Shown piece after piece: positions 35,262-41,644 of a stretch of DNA of 41,644 nt. The position numbers were made by a program, and so were the translations under genes. Every line of letters starts with the position of its first letter. Position 1 is the first letter of the stretch. The stretch spans positions 1 through 41,644 of the forward strand of contig NW_024705474.1 in NCBI RefSeq assembly GCF_018977255.1. Reading direction: 5' to 3'. This stretch comes from Callorhinchus milii (Eukaryota). The notes beneath the pieces are model-generated. The model searched no databases and had not been told where the DNA came from. It worked only from the letters and a program-made list of their open reading frames with translations.

Positions 35262-36761
35262 CAGTGAGGGAAAAAAGTTTGCCCACTGACAAATAAATTA
35301 TCAGTCTATAATTTTAATGGTAGGTTTATTTGAACAGTGAGAGACAGAATAACAACAACAAAATCCAGAAAAACGCATGTCAAAAATGTTTTAAATTGAT
35401 TTGCATTTTAATGAGGGAAATAAGTATTTGACCCCCTCTCAATCAGAAAGATTTCTGGCTCCCAGGTGTCTTTTATACAGGTAACGAGCTGAGATTAGGA
35501 GCACACTCTTAAAGGGAGTGCTCCTAATCTCAGCTTGTTACCTGTATAAAGACACCTGTTCACAGAAGCAATCAATCAATCAGATTCCAAACTCTCCACC
35601 ATGGCCAAGACCAAAGAGCTCTCCAAGGATGTCAGGGACAAGATTGTAGACCAACACAAGGCTGGAATGGGCTACAAGATCATCACCAAGCAGCTTGGTG
35701 AGAAGGTGACAACAGTTGGTGCAATTATTCTCAAATGGAAGAAACACAAAAAACTGTCAATCTCCCTCGGCCCGGGGCTCCATGCAAGATCTCACCTCGT
35801 GGAGTTGTAATGATCATGAGAACGGTGAGGAATCAGCCCAGAACTACACGGGAGGATCTTGTCAATGATTCCAAGGCAGCTGGGACCATAGTCGCCAAGA
35901 AAACAGTTGGTAAATACTATGCCGTGAAGGACTGAAATCCTGCAGCGCCCGCAAGGTCCCCCTGCTCAAGCAAGCACATATACATGCCCGTCTGAAGTTT
36001 GCCAATGAACATCTGAATGATTCAGAGGACAACTGGGTGAAAGTGTTGTGGTCAGATGAGACCAAAATGGAGCTCTTTGGCATCAACTCAACTCGCCGTG
36101 TTTGGAGGAGGAGGAATGCTGCTATGACCCTAAGAACACCATCCCCACCGTCAAACATGAAGGTGGAAACATTATGCTTTGGGGGGTTTTTCTGCTAAGG
36201 GGACAGGACAATTTCATCGCATCAAAGGGACGATGGATGGGGCCATTTACCGTCAAATCTTGGGTGAGAACCTCCTTCCCTCAGCCAGGGCATTGAAAAT
36301 GGGTGTGGATGGGTATCCCAGCATGGCAATTACCCAAAACACACGGCCAAGGCAACAAAGGGGTGGCTCAAGAAGAAGCACATTAAGGTCCTGGAGTGGC
36401 CTAGCCAGTCTCCAGACCTTAATCCCATAAAAATCTGTGGAGGGAGCTGAAGGTTCGAGTTGCCAAACGTCAGCCTCGAAACCTTAATGACTTGGAGAAG
36501 ATCTGCAAAGAGGAGTGGGACAAAATCCCTCCTGAGATGTGTGCAAACCTGGTGGCCAACTACAAGAAATGTCTGACCTCTGTGATTGCCAACAAGGGTT
36601 TTGCCACCAAGTTCTAAGTCATGTTTTGCAGAGGGGTCAAATACTTATTTCCCCTCATTAAAATGCAAATCAATTTATAACATTTTGACATGCGTTTTTC
36701 TGGATTTTTTTTTGTTATTCTGTCTCTGACTGTTAAAATAAACCTACCATTGAAATTATAG
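35262..36761 (+). mobile_element. Tc1-like DNA transposon, right end truncated
   Basis: TA|CAGTGAGGGAAAAAAGT start; long inverted repeats (~35300-35435 vs ~36633-36761); internal transposase. Confidence 0.93.
35601..36617 (+). pseudogene. Tc1 transposase, multiply frameshifted
   Basis: [49 protein letters not shown] motifs over several frames. Confidence 0.93.
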
Positions 36762-37350
36762 CGTGCTTGCTTGCTTGCTTAGGACCGTGCAAATCTTTCG
36801 GTCGTTTTTTAACCCACTTCCCGTGATCCAATCGAGCTGACATTTCCACACAGACTCGTTGTGCCAGACAATTATTGTTCGTGAAATTTTACACTTTTTA
36901 GGCAAAAAAAATGTATTTTACATATATTCAAATAGAACGCATTCATGGCTTTGGCTGAACGTCAGAGTGTAAGAGCCCAGAGCGTGACCCCTCCACAGGC
37001 CGTGGTGGAGTAGCGCAGTTGGTAGCGCCCTCGCTTCCCATGCCAAGGTCGCGGGATCGATCCCGCGTCCTCCACAGGCGAATATATTTTAAATCCTTTA
37101 TGTTAAGTTCGCTTGCTTGCTTAGGACCGTGAAAATCCTTCGCTCGTTTTTAAATCCTTTATATTAAGTTCGCTTGCTTGCTTGCGTGCTTGCGTGCTTG
37201 CGTGCTTGCTTGCTTACGACCGTGCAAATCTTTCGGGCGTTTTTTAACCCACTTCCCGTGATCCAATCGAGCTGACATTTTGCACACAGACTCGTTGTGC
37301 GAGACAATTAATGTTCGTGAAAAAAAAATGTCCAAAATTTTACACTGTTT
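36762..37350. repeat. Tandem (GCTT)n-headed repeat units with an embedded tRNA-like sequence
   Basis: ~36762-36900 repeats at ~37171-37350, partial unit at ~37090-37150; motif GATCCAATCGAGCTGACATTT. Confidence 0.75.
37004..37074 (+). pseudogene. tRNA-like sequence (CCC anticodon, Gly-like), likely pseudogene or SINE head
   Basis: D-arm GCGC-AGTTGGTA-GCGC and T-arm GCGGG-ATCGAT-CCCGC pair; acceptor and anticodon stems mismatched. Confidence 0.55.
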
Positions 37351-37614
37351 AGGGAAAACAAATTAAATATTTAATTACCAATTGCTTAATACTGGCAGAC
37401 AATCATCTGACCCATAGGTGGCAGCCATCTCAAACCAGAGGACGAGAGGACTCTAGCCGCCACGCATATAAAGGATTTATAGTGAAAAACTTTGTTTTTA
37501 CGGGTTATACTTATTCAGAAGCGACCTGGCCATCACAATAGCTCAAAGAAGTAGATTATCACTCTTTGTGGAAATGTATAGCAGCAGGCACAAGTGTGTT
37601 GATTCTAATGCAGG

Positions 37615-40600
37615 TCGTAACAACAACAAATGCCATTCTCCACTAAGTGGCGGTGACATCACCATGACGCTTGTGCCAGGCGATGTGCATGTTGAGGCCA
37701 CGAGAAGGATCGAACGCCCGCTGGCACGAGCTCACGGGGCACACCCAGATTCCAAGGGCCGACTGACTGAGATGACTGGCTGATGCACCACCTGTGCCCC
37801 CTACTGTGTCAACTTGCTGCGCTTTAGACACCTGGCGCTCCGCTCGTTGTTGTGAGTGTCACTCCTCTGCCCTCTGTTGTTGTTGGAGGGCGAATGCCTC
37901 CAACTGCCCAGTAGCGTCCTTCACGAGCCTCCTCCACAGAGGCCAATCTTGACACCGCTGGTACCAATCATCGGAAAGTCCACTCAGCTCCACATCCTCC
38001 TGTACCACATTAGTCCATCTCTTCTCGCGCCCTGCCGCACCCATTTAGCCCCCTCGATCCGGCCGAACAAAAGCTGTTTCGGCATGCCGTGGCTGGGCAT
38101 GCGGGCTAAATGATCCAGCCAATGCAGCCTTACCTGCCGGATGGGACTTTGTCCAGATCTTTCAAGGATATGTGAGCTACTCACACAATCCAGCCTGGTT
38201 AAACCCAGATGGATCATAGGCAGGCCACCTAAATGTTTCTAACCGGCGCAGATGTTCCACCAGAGGGGTCCACGTTTCGCAAGCGTACAGAAGGAAGAGA
38301 ATGAGTGTGGCCGAGAAGACCTGAAGCTTCATGCGGAGCGACAGAGCAGGTAGCTTCCACACAGCAGCGTTACGCAACCGATGAAAAGATAATGCCGCTC
38401 GACTGATTCGGAGTGAGACCTCTGCTGTCAAACCGGAGCCGGTCATGAGCACACTGCCCAGGTATGGGAAACTCTCCACTCTCTCCACAACTGCCCCATC
38501 ATCAATTGGGAGTTGTGGGGGTGGAGTGTCGATGGTACAAAATACCCAGGTAGTGCTTAGTTTTGGTGGGGCTGATGGTAAGGCCCCACCTCTTAGTGGC
38601 AAGCTCCAGTTCAGCAGCAGTGCCTCCAACTCCTCCTCTGAGTGAGCAGCAATTACCAGATCATCGGCATACATAACATGGTTGAGACAATAGGGAGCCA
38701 TCCCTTGACCTACCGGGCATCGATCAGCCTCCCATTGTATCTGTACCAATGGAAATTCCCCGGTACAGCTATTGAAGGCTTCACGAACTACGTGGTCAAA
38801 ATAGATGTTAAATAATGTGGGAGCCAGAGGACATCCCTGTCGCACCCCAAGGTGTACAGGGAATGGCTCCGACTCCCGGCCACGTAGTTTTACCCGGGCC
38901 CGCTCACCATCATGAAGGTCCTTAATGATCGTGAGCAGAGGGTCAGGGACTCCGAAAGCACGAAGAACAACCCAGAGCCCAGGCCTACTGATGGTATCAT
39001 AGGCCTTGACCAGGTCAATAAAGCAGAGATGTAGGTCTTGTTGGAATTCCCTACACCTCTGCTGTAGCAGACGGACAGAAAATATGGCATCTGTGCAGGA
39101 CCGCCCTTTCCTGAAACCGCATTGGGGCTCCGCAAGCCTCTCCTCAGCGTGCCTAGCAAGGCGATGTTGAATAATCCTTGCCAGGACCTTTCCCGGCACA
39201 CTGAGGAGTGAGATGCCCCTGTAGTTGTTACAGTCTGTGGTCCCCCTTCTTAAAGAGGGGGACCACCAGGGCATCCTTCCAATCCTGCGGAACCCGTCCA
39301 GTGGTCCAGACTGTTGTTATGATGTCATGTAGGGCAGTCTGTGCACAAACGCCACCCTCCCTCAGCATTTCGCTTGGGAGATCATCTCTGCCCGGTGCCT
39401 TTCCTGGTCTCAGACTCCGGATCGCCTCAGTACTTCCTCAACAGATGGCACCTCAGCCAGCCACTCACAGGGGTGACTTCTTCCAATATTTGAGGCACCG
39501 CAGCCTCAGCAGGGTCATCCCCACTTTGTGCCATGATGTTTTCCTGGCTGAGGGATTTCCCTCCCCAGGACCTCACAGAAATGCTCAGCAAATCTGCAAA
39601 CCTGTTCCTGGGGGTCGGAGATTGGATCACCGTTTTTCCCCTAATGATGGTGAAGTGTTACTTTTTGATGGAGTTAAAGAGCGATTTGTGATCATGGGCC
39701 ATTGAGGCAGACTCCATCTCCTCAGCAACCCGTGATCACCACCCATCCTTGCAGCACCTCACGCTCTCTGAACCTCTGAGCGAAGGCTGCGGGTAAGCCT
39801 CCTCATTCTCCGATGTGGGATGCTGTCGCCGATGAGAGTGGGCCTGTCGCTTTTATCAGCCAGCCTGAACACCTCCTCTGTCACACAGGGTCTCCGGGAG
39901 GTCTAGACCATGTAGCCAAAGCAGCCATTGCAGCTGCATTAGCCACAGTCCTAAACTCGCCCATTTCCCCTCGACATCAGGAGGAGTGGAGGACGATGAC
40001 AACCCCAGCCGCAAATTCTCACTTCTAACTTTCATCAGCTTGTGAGACCATGCTACTTTGGGTTTGAATGGGGTCCTGGGTGTACACTCACCACCGGAGT
40101 GGAAGAATGGCAGGCGCATCTTACAGATGTCAAGTCGATGGTCAGTGGGCAGATCAGCTCCACGGTAGGTCCTGGTGTCAAGGACATGGGCCGCATCCGC
40201 TGTTCCATCATTATGTAGTCCAGCAGATGTTCTTGCTTGGACCCGGCATGCATCCATGATGTTGTGTGGATGCGCCGATGCGTGTTGGTAATTACAAAAA
40301 TCTATCAGCCTCCTACCGTTGTTATTGAGCTGATCTGGCCCATGCCTTCCAATCACTCCAGACCAGGTGCTAGCATCATGACCAACTCGGGCATTGAAGT
40401 CACCCAACAAGATGACTCTATCCCGTGGGGCCACTTTAGCTAGACCCTGGACAGGAGGTCATAGAAGGCATCTGACTCATCGGCCTTGCCTGCATCCCTC
40501 CACGGATGTTATCTTCAGTGGGGGCATAAGTAACCACGACCACCACTCCTCACCTCTGGTTGATCGGAAGGCGAGCCCAAAGTAGCCTGGGGCTTACAGC

Positions 40601-41183
40601 TTCCCACACTCACCGCCATGCTCCCATGCCCCCTTCATTTTTTGTTCAGAAGAAGAGCCACTCCCTGTTGTTTGGCAGTCTCCTGCCCAAGTAGAGGACT
40701 GTCCACCCCTCATGGTGGCAGGAGCCAGAACCGGACCTCCTGAATATCACAGGGATCCAGGCGATACCGGTCCAGCTCCCAACAGAGGAGTGGCAGCCTC
40801 TACTCCGCAGTGAGCATTCAAACATTCCACGTGGCATTGGTTTTTTGTTATTTCTGGAGGAGCTCCGAGGGTAAGGATTCAGTCTCCTGGCTCCGCCAAA
40901 TGGGGTTTGGCCCGGAGACGTCATAGACGACTGCCCCCCCCCCCCCGGGGCCTCCGGCACAAGCTTATTAATTACATTTTTCAGTCGTGGTTTTGTGGTA
41001 ATTAATTAAAGGTGGAGGAGTTACCCGCCCCTCGCACCCATCCTGAGCCCCCATTTGGCCGCTGTGGTGGTTACAATTGCCATGAGGGGAATGGCCAATC
41101 TAAATAGGCCCTCCCCCACAGCACTGCCCACCACAGCGTTGCCGTCCGGCACCAACGAGGAGGTAGGGGTCGTTTTGCCAGAC
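37615..41183 (-). mobile_element. Near full-length RTE-clade LINE (APE + RT + C-terminal C2H2-like finger), degenerate
   Basis: LGDFNARVG (APE); NYRGISLLS, QCGFRKGRS, FIDLVKAYD, GVRQGCPLAP, YADD (RT); CPVSSCQRAF…LNMHIAWH; short (TTG)n near 37618-37629 on the minus strand; 3' boundary approximate. Confidence 0.92.
41048..41183 (-). ncRNA. HDV-like ribozyme at the 5' end of the second RTE copy
   Basis: P1 GUCUGGC/GCCGGAC, P3 ACC/GGU, L3 UCCUCGUU, GG, P4 CGCUGUGGUGG/CCACCACAGCG, GCCAAA, GGGGG. Confidence 0.82.
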
Positions 41184-41334
41184 CATCAACACACCTGCTC
41201 TCACACCCACCAAGCTGCAGGACATATAAACAAACAAGACAAAGATCCTCCTGGAGTGTTTACAAACTATTCGCCCAGGTGCTGTGCGAGTAGCACCTAT
41301 GAAGGCCGGCAAGAGACGAGGTGGTGGGTGGCCA

Positions 41335-41490
41335 TCACGACGCCCACCCACCCTTGTCTCCATAGCAGCGATGTTTACACACTGGACCACTAACTCGTTT
41401 TGAGGCTGAGTCGACCTTCATGAAGCTCAGGAACCGGTTCAGATAATTATCACCTGTGTTGGTGGGTGCAAATAGGAATCGAATTTGGCC
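41335..41490 (-). mobile_element. tRNA-derived SINE, head eroded
   Basis: TTTGAGGCTGAGTCGACC…AACCGGTTCAGATAAT…GGAATCGAA matches the family reverse complement. Confidence 0.65.
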
Positions 41491-41644
41491 CCTGCTTTTA
41501 CATGATAAGTGGCTTAAAATGTGAAAATATATAGCAGCAACCAAATACTCTTGATTCGAAATGTGCAGAAAAAAACTGGAGGCCCAGGAAAAAAATCCAT
41601 GCCATGACGGGGAGAGAGACACCGCAAACTCCAAATATACAACA

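Noticed and set aside
37004..37074. Functional tRNA-Gly(CCC)
   Set aside because: Acceptor and anticodon stems are mismatched and the T-loop is non-canonical; kept only as tRNA-like.

Overview
Eukaryotic, extremely repeat-dense window, probably intronic/intergenic DNA of a vertebrate. A jawless fish such as lamprey is my guess from recalled repeat families; this is not verified. Most of it is nested mobile DNA: two copies of one hAT/Charlie transposon (one intact with 16-bp TIRs, an 8-bp TSD and a 601-aa ORF), several MITEs, a decayed Tc1, a gag-only LTR element, a solo LTR, Gypsy remnants, a HERO/R2-type fragment, a Penelope-like element (RT+GIY-YIG) with many short derivatives, two RTE-clade LINE copies, tRNA-derived SINEs and a small Helitron carrying a SINE. 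Two classes of predicted self-cleaving RNA are readable in the sequence: about 8 minimal hammerhead motifs in the Penelope-type repeats, with stem covariation, and an HDV-like ribozyme at the exact 5' end of both RTE copies. The only host-gene signal is one + strand exon (34307-34464) encoding the first half of an Ig V-set domain. Most short ORFs in the supplied track are spurious.
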